Source: an uncultured Lachnospiraceae bacterium (GTDB taxonomy: Bacteria; Bacillota; Clostridia; Lachnospirales; Lachnospiraceae). From it: 64,000 bases of DNA. The notes under the pieces were generated by a model, which was not told where the DNA came from, searched no databases, and saw only the letters and a program-made list of their open reading frames with translations. Positions 22,382-32,330 of this stretch are shown here, in pieces (within the stretch, counting starts at the first letter, position 1; every line of letters starts with the position of its first letter). Both the position numbers and the translations under genes were made by a program. Location: the NCBI GenBank assembly GCA_910588215.1, contig CAJUQJ010000012.1:14-64013 (forward strand). Reading direction: 5' to 3'.

Positions 22382-23692
22382 ATGTCAAGCACAATTGGTA
22401 ATTTATCCAATGTCTATAATTTCTATATGACTTCTTATGCACCGAAGTCCAGTTCGCCTTATGATTCCCACAAGAAAAGTGAACTGCGTCGTGTATATAA
22501 TTCCATTGTCAAAATGAACAAGGAGTCTCCGCTGTTTATATTGGATACCAGCAGGAGTTCACAACAGTTTGCCATCAGCGTGAAGGAAAACGCAAGAGAG
22601 CTTCGCAATACTATTGCTTCTCTCGGTGGATTGGATGAGGAAGAACTCTTAAATAAGAAAATTGCATATTCCAGCAACGAAGAAATTGCCACGGCAATTT
22701 ATATCGGCCCTATAGAGCAGAGCGACAGCGCGCCTTCCTATGATATTGAAGTCGACCGTCTGGCAACTCCACAGATCAATATGGGGAAGTTCCTCCCTGC
22801 CGAGGAACCCGTAGCATTGCCCGCTGACACCTATTCCTTTGATGTCAGAATCGAAGATCTGAATTACGAATTTCAGTTCAGCATCAGATCTACGGATACA
22901 AATCATACCGTACAGTCACGGCTTGCACGGCTGATCACCAATTCCAATGTGGGCATCACGGCCCGTGCTTCCACGGATGCAGACGGCTACTCCTATCTGA
23001 GACTGGAGTCTAATTCCACAGGTGTTAAGAACAACCGTTCCCGTATTTTCACCATATCGGATAATCGGACGAGTAAGACCTCCGGCGCAGTAGATTATTT
23101 TGGTCTTGACTATATATCTACACCGCCTTCTAATGCTTCTTTTCTGGTAAACGGAGAGGAGCGCAGTTCCGCTTCCAACCGAATCTCCTTAGACCGCACC
23201 TATGAGGTACAGTTAACCGGAGTAAGCGGTGAAGGCTGCGAGTTCACCTCGATTGGCCTTAAGACAGATGTGGATTCTCTGGCTGAGAATGTCAATACGC
23301 TGGTGGACGGTTACAATACTTTCCTGAACGCCGTATCCGAATACAAAGACGAGCAGCCCAAGAGCACACGCCTTTATAACGAGATGAGCGGTGTAGCAAG
23401 AACATATGCAAGTGACCTTACTACCGTCGGCCTGAATCTGAACCTGGATGGCAGGCTGGAAGTAGACGACAACGTTTTGCGTGAGACCGCGATGAGTGAC
23501 GATGCGAAAGAAGCATTCTCTCCCATGAAGAATTTCACCTCTTCTATTCTGCGTAAGTCCAATCAGGTTGCTCTTGATCCAATGAACTATGTCAACAACA
23601 CCATTGTAGCTTACAAGAACCCGGGCAAGAATTTTGCCTGTCCGTATATCACAAGCGCCTACAGCGGTATGATGTTTAACGGATACTGCTGA
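22382..23692 (+). CDS. FliD-like (flagellar cap C-terminal domain) protein
   Basis: IEVDRLATPQIN, NASFLVNGEERSSASNRI, NVNTLVDGYNTFL, LTTVGLNLNLDGRLEVD resemble FliD segments; termini are not canonical FliD. Confidence 0.7.
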   Translation: MSSTIGNLSNVYNFYMTSYAPKSSSPYDSHKKSELRRVYNSIVKMNKESPLFILDTSRSSQQFAISVKENARELRNTIASLGGLDEEELLNKKIAYSSNEEIATAIYIGPIEQSDSAPSYDIEVDRLATPQINMGKFLPAEEPVALPADTYSFDVRIEDLNYEFQFSIRSTDTNHTVQSRLARLITNSNVGITARASTDADGYSYLRLESNSTGVKNNRSRIFTISDNRTSKTSGAVDYFGLDYISTPPSNASFLVNGEERSSASNRISLDRTYEVQLTGVSGEGCEFTSIGLKTDVDSLAENVNTLVDGYNTFLNAVSEYKDEQPKSTRLYNEMSGVARTYASDLTTVGLNLNLDGRLEVDDNVLRETAMSDDAKEAFSPMKNFTSSILRKSNQVALDPMNYVNNTIVAYKNPGKNFACPYITSAYSGMMFNGYC

Positions 23693-23770
23693 CGCAGAAC
23701 CAGAATTGTTTTCTTTTGTCAAAAGAGACAGGCCGATTCGCCTGTCTCTTTTATCTTCGTTTCCCACTGC

Positions 23771-25387
23771 TTACAGAGGGATATTGCCATGTTTCTTCTT
23801 CGGCCCCTCAACACTTTTATTCTTCAGCCCTCGCAATGCCCTCACCAGCGCTGTCCTGGTTTCCTCCGGCTTGATGACCTCATTCACATATCCTCTTGCT
23901 GCTGCCACATAAGGATTTAAGAACCGTTCCTCATACTCCTTCTTGCACTGTGCCCGCATGGCTTCCGGGTCCGCTGCGCTCTTGATCTTACGCTTAAAAG
24001 CAATATTTACGGCGCCGTCAGCCCCCATCACCGCAATCTCCGCAATGGGCCACGCATAGACGATGTCCGCCCCCATCTCCTTGGAATTCATGGCGATGTA
24101 AGCACCGCCGTAGGCCTTACGCATGATCAGTGAGATTTTAGGCACTGTCGCTTCCGAATAAGCATACAGAATCTTCGCCCCGTGCCGGATGATGCCGTTG
24201 TGCTCCTGTGCCGTACCGGGCAGGAATGCCGGCACGTCGATCAAAGTGATCAGCGCAATGTTAAAGCAGTCGCAGAACCGGATAAATCTGGCAATCTTGT
24301 CTGAAGCATGATAGTCCAGCGAACCGCCCATGGAATTAGGCTGATTAGCCACGATACCCACTACCCTTCCTTCCATCCGGCAAAAGCCCACCACCGCATT
24401 GGTCGCAAATTCTTTCTGTACTTCAAAGAAGCTGGCCTCGTCCACGATGCAATCTATCACTTCCTTGACGTCATAGGCATGGCGGGAGTTATCCGGCACG
24501 ATATCCCTGATCTTGGCCGCCTTCGCCTTCATGACAGAAGCCACCCGGCCGTTCTCTACTTTGCCAAATACCTTACCGACTTTCGGCAATATGCTCTGTC
24601 GTTCCATATTGTTGATCACCGGTGGCTTTTCTGTCCAGTTGCCCGGCAGATAAGAAAGAAGCTTGCGTACGCCCATCAAGCACTCGTTCTCCGTATCATA
24701 AGTAAAATGAGATACACCGCTTTTCTTCGCATGTACCTCCGCACCGCCCAGCGCTTCCACCGATACTTCCTCGTTGATGACCGTCTTCACCACATTTGGC
24801 CCGGTAATGAACATCTTGGAGATATCTTTTACCATAAATATAAAATCACAGATGGCCGGTGCATAGCAGGCGCCGCCGGAACAAGGTCCCAGAATGACCG
24901 CGATCTGTGGGATCACGCCGGATGCCTTCGTGTGCCGCAGGAACATACCACTGTAACCGCTGAGAGAAGAAATCCCCTCCTCGATACGGGCACCGCCACT
25001 GTCATTGATACAAATCAGAGGTGCCTTCATCTCCATCGCCATATCCTGGATACGACAGATCTTAAAAGAATGGTATTCTCCCAGCGTACCGCCGATCACA
25101 GTAAAGTCTTCACTGGCTACGAATACCTGCCGGCCGTCGATCTCTCCGTACCCGGTCACCACGCCGTCTCCCGGCACCCTTCTCTTATCCAGATCGAAAT
25201 CATCGATCCTGGACTCCAGAAAGCCATCCACTTCCACAAAGGTTCCCGGATCCAGCAGCACTTCAATCCGCTCCCGCGCCGTCATCTTGCCTATGGCATG
25301 CTGTTTGTCGATCCGGCTCTGTCCACCGCCAAGGAGTGCTTTCGCTCTCCTGCTATCCAATTCTTTAACAGCCTCGTTCCAGTTCAT
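23771..25387 (-). CDS. Acyl-CoA carboxylase/decarboxylase carboxyltransferase subunit (PccB/MmdA-like)
   Basis: GKMTARERI, PGDGVVTG, DSGGARI, RKAYGGAY, KKHGNIPL. Confidence 0.93.
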   Translation of the reverse strand: MNWNEAVKELDSRRAKALLGGGQSRIDKQHAIGKMTARERIEVLLDPGTFVEVDGFLESRIDDFDLDKRRVPGDGVVTGYGEIDGRQVFVASEDFTVIGGTLGEYHSFKICRIQDMAMEMKAPLICINDSGGARIEEGISSLSGYSGMFLRHTKASGVIPQIAVILGPCSGGACYAPAICDFIFMVKDISKMFITGPNVVKTVINEEVSVEALGGAEVHAKKSGVSHFTYDTENECLMGVRKLLSYLPGNWTEKPPVINNMERQSILPKVGKVFGKVENGRVASVMKAKAAKIRDIVPDNSRHAYDVKEVIDCIVDEASFFEVQKEFATNAVVGFCRMEGRVVGIVANQPNSMGGSLDYHASDKIARFIRFCDCFNIALITLIDVPAFLPGTAQEHNGIIRHGAKILYAYSEATVPKISLIMRKAYGGAYIAMNSKEMGADIVYAWPIAEIAVMGADGAVNIAFKRKIKSAADPEAMRAQCKKEYEERFLNPYVAAARGYVNEVIKPEETRTALVRALRGLKNKSVEGPKKKHGNIPL

Positions 25388-25563
25388 AATGCCTCCTGTT
25401 GATTTCTTAAAATCTTATTCCTGTCATTCATATCGTGACCTGACTCTTTGATTCTTCTTTTCCTACATTCTTTTCTTTGTTTCTCTCGAATCTTTCATGC
25501 AGATCACACTCTGTATACTTTATTTGAACATCCAATACTTTGATACTCAAACTATCTTTTTGT

Positions 25564-25601
25564 ATTATAGGCAGAGTATTTCTGATTGTCAATACTCTGC
25601 C
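25564..25601 (-). promoter_or_regulatory. Consensus sigma-A promoter with overlapping inverted repeat
   Basis: TTGACA-N17-TATAAT; GGCAGAGTATT-N10-AATACTCTGCC around the -35. Confidence 0.7.
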
Positions 25602-25604
25602 CGG

Positions 25605-25832
25605 AAATTTTTCACCTGTGCGGTTGCGATCCAATGACCAGTCTGCATGCCATTTATGGTAATGCAGGCAAGGCATTGGATCAGCAACCCACTTCCAAAT
25701 GAGCAAAGTGCGGATGCGCAAGCAGACGCAAAAGCGCGTAAGCGCGAGTTTTGCGAATGCGGAAGTCAGGTTGGATGCTCCTTGGAGCGTCCATCCGCAC
25801 AAGTGGAAATTTTCACCTGTGCGGTTGCGATC
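25605..25832. repeat. ~205-bp structured MITE/REP-like element copy A, plus the start of a tandem partial copy
   Basis: Terminal inverted repeats CACCTGTGCGG...CCGCACAAGTG; collinear with 51457-51665. Confidence 0.85.
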
Positions 25833-25894
25833 GTGTTATTACTCACGGCCTCCTGCACTCTGCTGCAAGGCATCCGACTGATAAAGCATTAGTT

Positions 25895-27037
25895 TCAGGC
25901 CTCCTGTGCCGCCGCATCAAGCGCCGCCGCGATCACCTTATCCATATCATAATAGCGGTACTGTCCCAACCGCCCGCCAAACAGAATCTGCGGCCTGCTC
26001 TTGGCCAGTTCCTGGTACTTACTCAATAAGGCGGAATTGCGCTCATCATTGACCGGATAGTAAGGCTCGTCTCCTTCCCGCCATTCGGCCGGATACTCTC
26101 TTGTGATGACCGTGCCCGGCTGTGTACCAAACTCAAAATGCTTGTGCTCGATCACTCTCGTATAGGGAATCTCCCGCTCCGTGTAATTCACTACCGCATT
26201 GCCCTGGTAGTTATCACACTCCGGAAGCTGCTCTGTCTCAAACCGCAATGAGCGGTACTCCAGATGTCCAAGACAATAATCAAAATACTCGTCCAGCATC
26301 CCAGTGTAGACTACCTTGCGGTAAGTGTTCCCCGCATGGTCACTCACCAAAATACCGCCTTCCGTCTCCTGCTCCACCGCAAACTCTCGGTAAGAAATGC
26401 CGGTCCGCACCTCAACACCCTGCAGCATCTTCTCTACCATAGCGGTATACCCGCCCACTGGAATGCCCTGATAACGATCATTAAAATAATTATTGTCATA
26501 TGTAAACCGCAGAGGAAGACGTTTAATGATAAAAGACGGCAGTTCCTTGCAATCCCTGCCCCACTGCTTCTCGGTATATCCCTTGACCAGCTTCTCATAG
26601 ACGTCCGTTCCCACCTGGGAGAGCGCCTGCTCCTCCAGATCATGCGGTTCCGTGATCTGCAGCGCTCCGATCTGCTCTGCGATCTTCGCTTTAGCCTGGG
26701 CCGGTGTCACCACACCCCACATCTTGCTAAAGGTGTTCATATTAAAAGGGAGATTATACAACTCTCCCTTATAATACGCGATCGGTGAATTTATGTAGTG
26801 ATTGAATTCTGCAAACCGGTTCACATACTCCCATATTCTCCTATCAGAAGTGTGGAAAATATGTGCGCCATATTTGTGTACCTGAATATCAAGCACCTGC
26901 TCCGTATAGATGTTCCCGGCTATATGCGCCCGCCTGTCGATCACAAGTACCTGCCTGCCCTGCTTCTTCATCTCATGTGCGAAGACTGCACCATACAGCC
27001 CCGCTCCGACGATCAGATAATCATACTTGTGCCCCAT
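25895..27037 (-). CDS. glf: UDP-galactopyranose mutase
   Basis: YDYLIVGAGLYG, HKYGAHIFHT, EPYYPVND, GRLGQYRYYDMD. Confidence 0.96.
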   Translation of the reverse strand: MGHKYDYLIVGAGLYGAVFAHEMKKQGRQVLVIDRRAHIAGNIYTEQVLDIQVHKYGAHIFHTSDRRIWEYVNRFAEFNHYINSPIAYYKGELYNLPFNMNTFSKMWGVVTPAQAKAKIAEQIGALQITEPHDLEEQALSQVGTDVYEKLVKGYTEKQWGRDCKELPSFIIKRLPLRFTYDNNYFNDRYQGIPVGGYTAMVEKMLQGVEVRTGISYREFAVEQETEGGILVSDHAGNTYRKVVYTGMLDEYFDYCLGHLEYRSLRFETEQLPECDNYQGNAVVNYTEREIPYTRVIEHKHFEFGTQPGTVITREYPAEWREGDEPYYPVNDERNSALLSKYQELAKSRPQILFGGRLGQYRYYDMDKVIAAALDAAAQEA

Positions 27038-27064
27038 GCCATCCTCCTCACAAACCACATTTCA

Positions 27065-27409
27065 TCAGTTCTCCTCAACTGCTTTATACTTATCCAACTG
27101 TGCATAATCTTCCATCAGTTCCAGAGCTTTCTTGCGTCCCGTCTTATTCAGCTTCACATAATACTGCATTACGCGGTTCTCCATAATCTTACTTCCCAGC
27201 ACACTTTTCTGATTCAGCGGGGTAAAGTCAACAGGATTCAGGTTCAGTTTGTCACACATTCTGATCACAGTACCATAAGCCATTCCTTCGATGCCTCTGT
27301 CAAGAGCAGTAACCAACGTAGAGTACGGAATTTCCATCTCAATGGCAAACTGCCTGACACTCTTGTACTGTTTCAAAATTTCTGCCTTCAAAATCTCTGC
27401 CTTAGTCAT
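27065..27409 (-). CDS. Cro/C1-type HTH transcriptional regulator
   Basis: YKSVRQFAIEMEIPYSTL...VIRMCDKLNL; C-terminal YVKLNKTGRKKALE. Confidence 0.75.
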   Translation of the reverse strand: MTKAEILKAEILKQYKSVRQFAIEMEIPYSTLVTALDRGIEGMAYGTVIRMCDKLNLNPVDFTPLNQKSVLGSKIMENRVMQYYVKLNKTGRKKALELMEDYAQLDKYKAVEEN

Positions 27410-27644
27410 TGTAATCCCTCCTATATTAACGTATGATTCTGGTTATTTATACACAGTTTACCACAAACTTCTTTGAAAAGGAAGCACCCAATCCGATATT
27501 TTAACGGTATTTCGTCATCATCGGCAGGTTGTTGTCTTTTTAGACATTTTTTTGTGCAAAAAGTATAAATAAAAATCATATTGTCGTAGCATACAGAAAA
27601 TGCTAATATGAAATAGAATAGGAAAAGATTAAAGAGGTGAGCCC

Positions 27645-28691
27645 ATGCTTCCAGTTTCTGTATGCATGATTGCAAAGAATGAAGATAACCATATAGAAGA
27701 ATGTTTAAAGAGGCTGCGTCCCTGCAAATTTGAAGTCGTTGTGGTGGATACAGGTTCGGTGGACAGGACCATAGAGATCGCGCAGAAATACACCGACAAA
27801 GTATTTCACTTTTCCTGGTGTGACGATTTCAGCGCTGCCAGGAATTTCTCGATTCAACAGGCCTCCAACGACTGGGTACTGGTCATCGACTGCGATGAAT
27901 ACCTGGAGAATGTCAATCTGGCCGAACTGGAGGAATCGCTTGATGCCAATGACCGCTCCGTCGGTATGATCGTCCGCAACAATCCCTATATTATCCAGGG
28001 GGTGCGCTCTATCATGTCGGAACGGATCGGCAGGCTTTTTAATAGAAAGTATTGTCACTATGAGGGATGTATCCACGAGCAGGTCTGCACATTGGATGGC
28101 CGGGAACCGAAATCCTTCCAGCTGCCCCTCACCTTCTACCATGAAGGCTATGTAACGGAATCTGATAAGCGGATGCGTGCCACCCGTAATCTGGAGATGC
28201 TGTTGCACGACCTGGAAGTAAAGGGCTCCAGTCCCTATATTTATTTCCAGCTGGGCCAAAACTATATCTCCTTAAACGACATGGAGAAGGCTGCCCACTA
28301 TTATAAGCAAGGATTGGAACTGGATGCTGACCCTAAATCCGCCTTCGTGCAAAGTATGGCAGAGACTTATGGCTACTGTCTGTTGGAGCTGGCCAAGTAC
28401 GATCTCGCCATGAAGCTGCGAGACAAATACGAACTCTTCTCCCACCGGGCAGATTTCGTCTACCTGATGGGCATGATCTATATGAAAAAGGGCAATTACA
28501 GCAAAGCCCTCGAGGAATTTAAGAAAGCTACCACCCTTTCTACCTGCTCCCGCAAAGGCGTCAACAGTTACCGCGCCAACTACAATATCGCCTCCATCTA
28601 CGAGACAATAGGCAATCCGGAAGAAGCGAAGCTTTATTACAGAAAATGCGGGGATTATGACCCCGCAGTCAAGAGACTGAAAGAATTATAA
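27645..28691 (+). CDS. GT2 glycosyltransferase with TPR repeats
   Basis: SVCMIAKNE, VDTGSVD, DDFSAARN, IDCDE, IHEQ; TPR-like C-terminal half. Confidence 0.9.
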   Translation: MLPVSVCMIAKNEDNHIEECLKRLRPCKFEVVVVDTGSVDRTIEIAQKYTDKVFHFSWCDDFSAARNFSIQQASNDWVLVIDCDEYLENVNLAELEESLDANDRSVGMIVRNNPYIIQGVRSIMSERIGRLFNRKYCHYEGCIHEQVCTLDGREPKSFQLPLTFYHEGYVTESDKRMRATRNLEMLLHDLEVKGSSPYIYFQLGQNYISLNDMEKAAHYYKQGLELDADPKSAFVQSMAETYGYCLLELAKYDLAMKLRDKYELFSHRADFVYLMGMIYMKKGNYSKALEEFKKATTLSTCSRKGVNSYRANYNIASIYETIGNPEEAKLYYRKCGDYDPAVKRLKEL

Positions 28692-28742
28692 TTATAGTAA
28701 ACGAAATTTTTAATGTCGTTAACTATAAGAAAGAGGTTCACC

Positions 28743-29816
28743 TTGTTACCTGTTTCCGTCTGTATCATTGTCAAAAACGAAAAATTACATATCGAAGAAT
28801 GTTGCAAGTGTCTTTTGCCTTACGGGTTTGAGATCGTCATAGTAGATACCGGCTCTGACGACCGAACTCTGGAACTGGCCCGGAAATACACCGACCGCAT
28901 TTATCATTTCGACTGGTGTGACGATTTTAGCGCCGCCAAGAATTATGCCATAGCAAAAGCCTCCCACGACTGGATACTTTCTCTGGACTGTGATGAATAT
29001 GTGGAGATGATCGACCAACCGGCTCTTCAGAAATATATGGAACAGTCTCCTTCTTTCGCAGGGCGTATCCTTATCCGCAATCGTTTCACGGAGAACGGAC
29101 AGACTGCCTTTGAGCAGGTTCGAGTGAGTCGATTTGTCAACCGAAGATATTATCATTTCGAGGGGGCCGTGCACGAGCAGCTGGTGCCGAGGCCCGGCTA
29201 TGAAGGAATCGCTGAAAAATACGTTTACCCTGCACCCATCATCGTGCTCCATGTTGGTTATGACGGCACGGAAGAAGAGATGCTTAAGAAGTGCAGACGC
29301 AATATTGCACTGCTGGAATCAGAATTACAGCTTCAGGGAGCAGATCCCTATCTCTACTTTCAGCTGGGGCAGAGCTACCGCAGGCTCCACGACTACGATA
29401 AGGCTCTCCGGTATTTTGACGCAGGGCTGGCCATGGATGTGGATCCGGCCATGGATTACGTCCAGACAATGGTAGAGTCTTATGGCTATACGCTGCTTGA
29501 CTTAGAACGCAGCCAGGATGCCCTGAATCTGCTTGGTATCTATGATGAGTTTGCGAAACGGGCCGACTTTGTCTTCCTGATGGGGCTAATCTATATGAAC
29601 AATGGACTGTTCGATGAAGCCATCGCCGAATTTCAAAAGGCTACCACGATGGAAGAGTTTGCGGTGGACGGTGTCAACAGTTATAAGGCTGACTATAACA
29701 TCGGGGTTATCTATGAATGTGCCGGTTATCCCGAGGAGGCACAGAAAGCGTACCTGCGGTGCGGGGATTACGGGGCAGCGCAGGCACGACTGCAGCAGCT
29801 GCGACAGTCACCCTGA
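28743..29816 (+). CDS. GT2 glycosyltransferase with TPR repeats
   Basis: SVCIIVKNE, VDTGSDD, LDCDE, VHEQ; paralog of 27645; TTG start after AAGAGG. Confidence 0.9.
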   Translation: MLPVSVCIIVKNEKLHIEECCKCLLPYGFEIVIVDTGSDDRTLELARKYTDRIYHFDWCDDFSAAKNYAIAKASHDWILSLDCDEYVEMIDQPALQKYMEQSPSFAGRILIRNRFTENGQTAFEQVRVSRFVNRRYYHFEGAVHEQLVPRPGYEGIAEKYVYPAPIIVLHVGYDGTEEEMLKKCRRNIALLESELQLQGADPYLYFQLGQSYRRLHDYDKALRYFDAGLAMDVDPAMDYVQTMVESYGYTLLDLERSQDALNLLGIYDEFAKRADFVFLMGLIYMNNGLFDEAIAEFQKATTMEEFAVDGVNSYKADYNIGVIYECAGYPEEAQKAYLRCGDYGAAQARLQQLRQSP

Positions 29817-29859
29817 TCTATTCTCCACACACTTTGAGTCTATGCAAACGGAGATTGCC

Positions 29860-29980
29860 ATGGAAATACATGAATCTGCGGATGACTATCTGGAAATCAT
29901 ATTGATCCGCAGAGGACGAACTGGGCATGTCCGCTCCATCGATATCGCCACGGAGATGAATTACACTAAGCCAAGCATCA
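29860..29980 (+). pseudogene. Fragment of a DtxR/MntR-family regulator (N-terminal HTH only)
   Basis: MEIHESADDYLEIIL...VRSIDIATEMNYTKPSI, then similarity is lost. Confidence 0.7.
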
Positions 29981-30041
29981 ATCCGGATGCAGATCTGTGC
30001 GACGCCCGAATGCACAGATCAAGCAAGAATGGGGGATCAAT

Positions 30042-31172
30042 ATGAAAATCCTGTTTATAGAGTGGGCCAGCTTCGGAAACGAAGATATCAAAGAAGCATT
30101 TACCGCGGAAGGACATACCTTCATCTGCTTTCCCTTTTCCAACAGGGACGGAAGGCAGGACGCAGAGACTAAGAGCGCATTGTCCGCTGTCCTGCACAAA
30201 GAGACACCGGATGCGGTTTTTTCTTTTAACTTTTTCCCCGTAATCTCACAAGTATGTAACAAAGAGGCGATCCGCTATATCTCCTGGATCTATGACAGCC
30301 CCTATGTGATGCTCTATTCTTATACCGCCGTCAATCCCTGCAACGAGATCTATGTCTTTGACCGGGAGCTTTATATGGAGTTCCATAATGCCGGTATCCG
30401 GACAGTCCGTTATATGCCGATGGCGGCCAATACCGCGCGGCTGGACATGATGGAGTCTGCCATACTCTATGATGTCTCTTTCGTAGGCTCCCTCTACACC
30501 GAACAGCATAATTTCTACGACCGCATGACAAACCTGTCAGAATATGCCAAAGGTTATCTGGAAGCTCTTATGGCCGCCCAGATGAAGGTGCAGGGCTATA
30601 ATTTCATCCAGGAATCACTCTCTCCTGTAATGGACGACTTATACAAGGCTCTTCCCATGGATCCTAACCCTGACGGCGTGGAAAGCCGGGAATACCTGTA
30701 TGCCCAATATATGATCAACCGGAAGATCACCGGCTTGGAGCGGATCGACTTACTTTCTGCCGTAGCCCAATACCATACTTTGGATCTGTTTACACATGAC
30801 ACCAATGTCACCTTGAAGAATCTGCGAAATCACGGCACGGTAGAGTATTATCGGCAGATGCCGCTTGTTTTCAAGCAGAGCCGGATCAACTTGAACATTT
30901 CCCTGCGCAGCATCAAAAGCGGCATCCCGCTGCGCGCTTTCGACATCATGGGCAGCGGCGGCTTTCTGCTCTCCAACTTCCAGGCAGATTTCCTGGAGCA
31001 TTTCATTCCCGGAGAAGACTTCGTCTACTATGAAAGCAAAGAAGACCTGCTGCAAAAGATCGGCTACTACTTAAACCACGAAGATGAGCGGGCTTGTATC
31101 GCTAAGAACGGACACGATAAAGTTGTATCGGGACATACTTTCCGGGACAGAGTTCGGGAATTTCTGACATGA
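30042..31172 (+). CDS. CgeB-family (DUF3880 + Glyco_trans_1_2) glycosyltransferase
   Basis: FSFNFFP, WIYDSP, SFVGSLY, SRINLNISLRSIKSGIPLRAFDIMGSGGF. Confidence 0.85.
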   Translation: MKILFIEWASFGNEDIKEAFTAEGHTFICFPFSNRDGRQDAETKSALSAVLHKETPDAVFSFNFFPVISQVCNKEAIRYISWIYDSPYVMLYSYTAVNPCNEIYVFDRELYMEFHNAGIRTVRYMPMAANTARLDMMESAILYDVSFVGSLYTEQHNFYDRMTNLSEYAKGYLEALMAAQMKVQGYNFIQESLSPVMDDLYKALPMDPNPDGVESREYLYAQYMINRKITGLERIDLLSAVAQYHTLDLFTHDTNVTLKNLRNHGTVEYYRQMPLVFKQSRINLNISLRSIKSGIPLRAFDIMGSGGFLLSNFQADFLEHFIPGEDFVYYESKEDLLQKIGYYLNHEDERACIAKNGHDKVVSGHTFRDRVREFLT

Positions 31173-31253
31173 GCAGATCCTGGCAATATTCCTGCGCTTT
31201 ACAGTGCATTTACAGCAAACTTATATCGCTCAATAGATTCAAAGGAGACTACC

Positions 31254-32330
31254 ATGCCCTATCCTATTTCTATCTGCATGATCGCTAAAAACGAAGAAAA
31301 GTATATCGAGAAATGCCTTGCTGCCATTCGCTCCCATGCCACCGGCGCTGTGAAACCGGAGATCGTCGTTGTAGACACAGGCTCTATGGACCGGACGAAA
31401 GAGATTGCAACCCGGTACGCAGACCAAGTATTGGATTTTGTATGGGTGAATGATTTCAGTGCCGCGAGGAACTTTGCAGTCTCACAGGCGAGTCACGATC
31501 ATATCCTGTCGCTGGACTGTGATGAAATCATTACGCAGTTGGATCTTGACCGGCTATCCGTTCTGATGGAGCAGCACCCGGAAGCGGTCGGTCGTATCGC
31601 CATCGACAACCATTACTTCTCCAATCAGACCGACACCGTCTACCGTGACCGCCTGGGCCGTTTCTTTCACCGCGGCTTCTTCCATTTTGACGCGCCGATC
31701 CATGAACAGCTCGTTCATAAGCAGACCGGACCCCGCTACGAGAGTTATGACGCGCCAATCTTGGTCGACCATGTCGGCTATCTTGGCAGCATTGAAGCGC
31801 TGCGGCCCAAAGTGGAGCGCAATAATACACTTTTATTCCGGGAATTGGAAAAGGACAAGGCAAATCCTTATCTCTATTTTCAGATTGGCCAATCCTACAA
31901 TATGATCTACGATTACGAGAATTCTTATCGATATTATAAAGAAGCGTTGAATTATGACATAAATCCGGAAGAAGAATGGGTGCAGATGATGATCATCGCT
32001 TACGCCAATGCCCTTCTGCATACCGGCAGAGAGACAGATGCCCTGCAGCTGGAAGCCGTCTACGATGCCTTCGCAACAACCGCCGATTTCCTCTGTATGA
32101 TGGGACGCATCTATCTTGCCAACGGCCAGTATGTCAAGGCAATGATGGAGTTCGTTAAAGCCATTCACTGTCCGGTGGCAAGGGAAAGCGGCACCAACTC
32201 CTTTATCCCCACGTACAACATCGGTCTCATCAACGAGATGATGGGAGATGTCACGACTGCGTTGATGCATTACCGCAATTGTGGAGATTTTCCGATGGCA
32301 TTGGACAAGATCAAAGAGTTGGAGGGCTAA
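31254..32330 (+). CDS. GT2 glycosyltransferase with TPR repeats
   Basis: ISICMIAKNEE, VDTGSMD, DFSAARN, LDCDE, IHEQ. Confidence 0.9.
   Translation: MPYPISICMIAKNEEKYIEKCLAAIRSHATGAVKPEIVVVDTGSMDRTKEIATRYADQVLDFVWVNDFSAARNFAVSQASHDHILSLDCDEIITQLDLDRLSVLMEQHPEAVGRIAIDNHYFSNQTDTVYRDRLGRFFHRGFFHFDAPIHEQLVHKQTGPRYESYDAPILVDHVGYLGSIEALRPKVERNNTLLFRELEKDKANPYLYFQIGQSYNMIYDYENSYRYYKEALNYDINPEEEWVQMMIIAYANALLHTGRETDALQLEAVYDAFATTADFLCMMGRIYLANGQYVKAMMEFVKAIHCPVARESGTNSFIPTYNIGLINEMMGDVTTALMHYRNCGDFPMALDKIKELEG

Noticed and set aside
25428..26029. Small ORFs at 25428-25802 and 51429-51689 that resemble each other
   Set aside because: The similarity comes from the non-coding ~205-bp repeat; changes conserve base pairing rather than protein.
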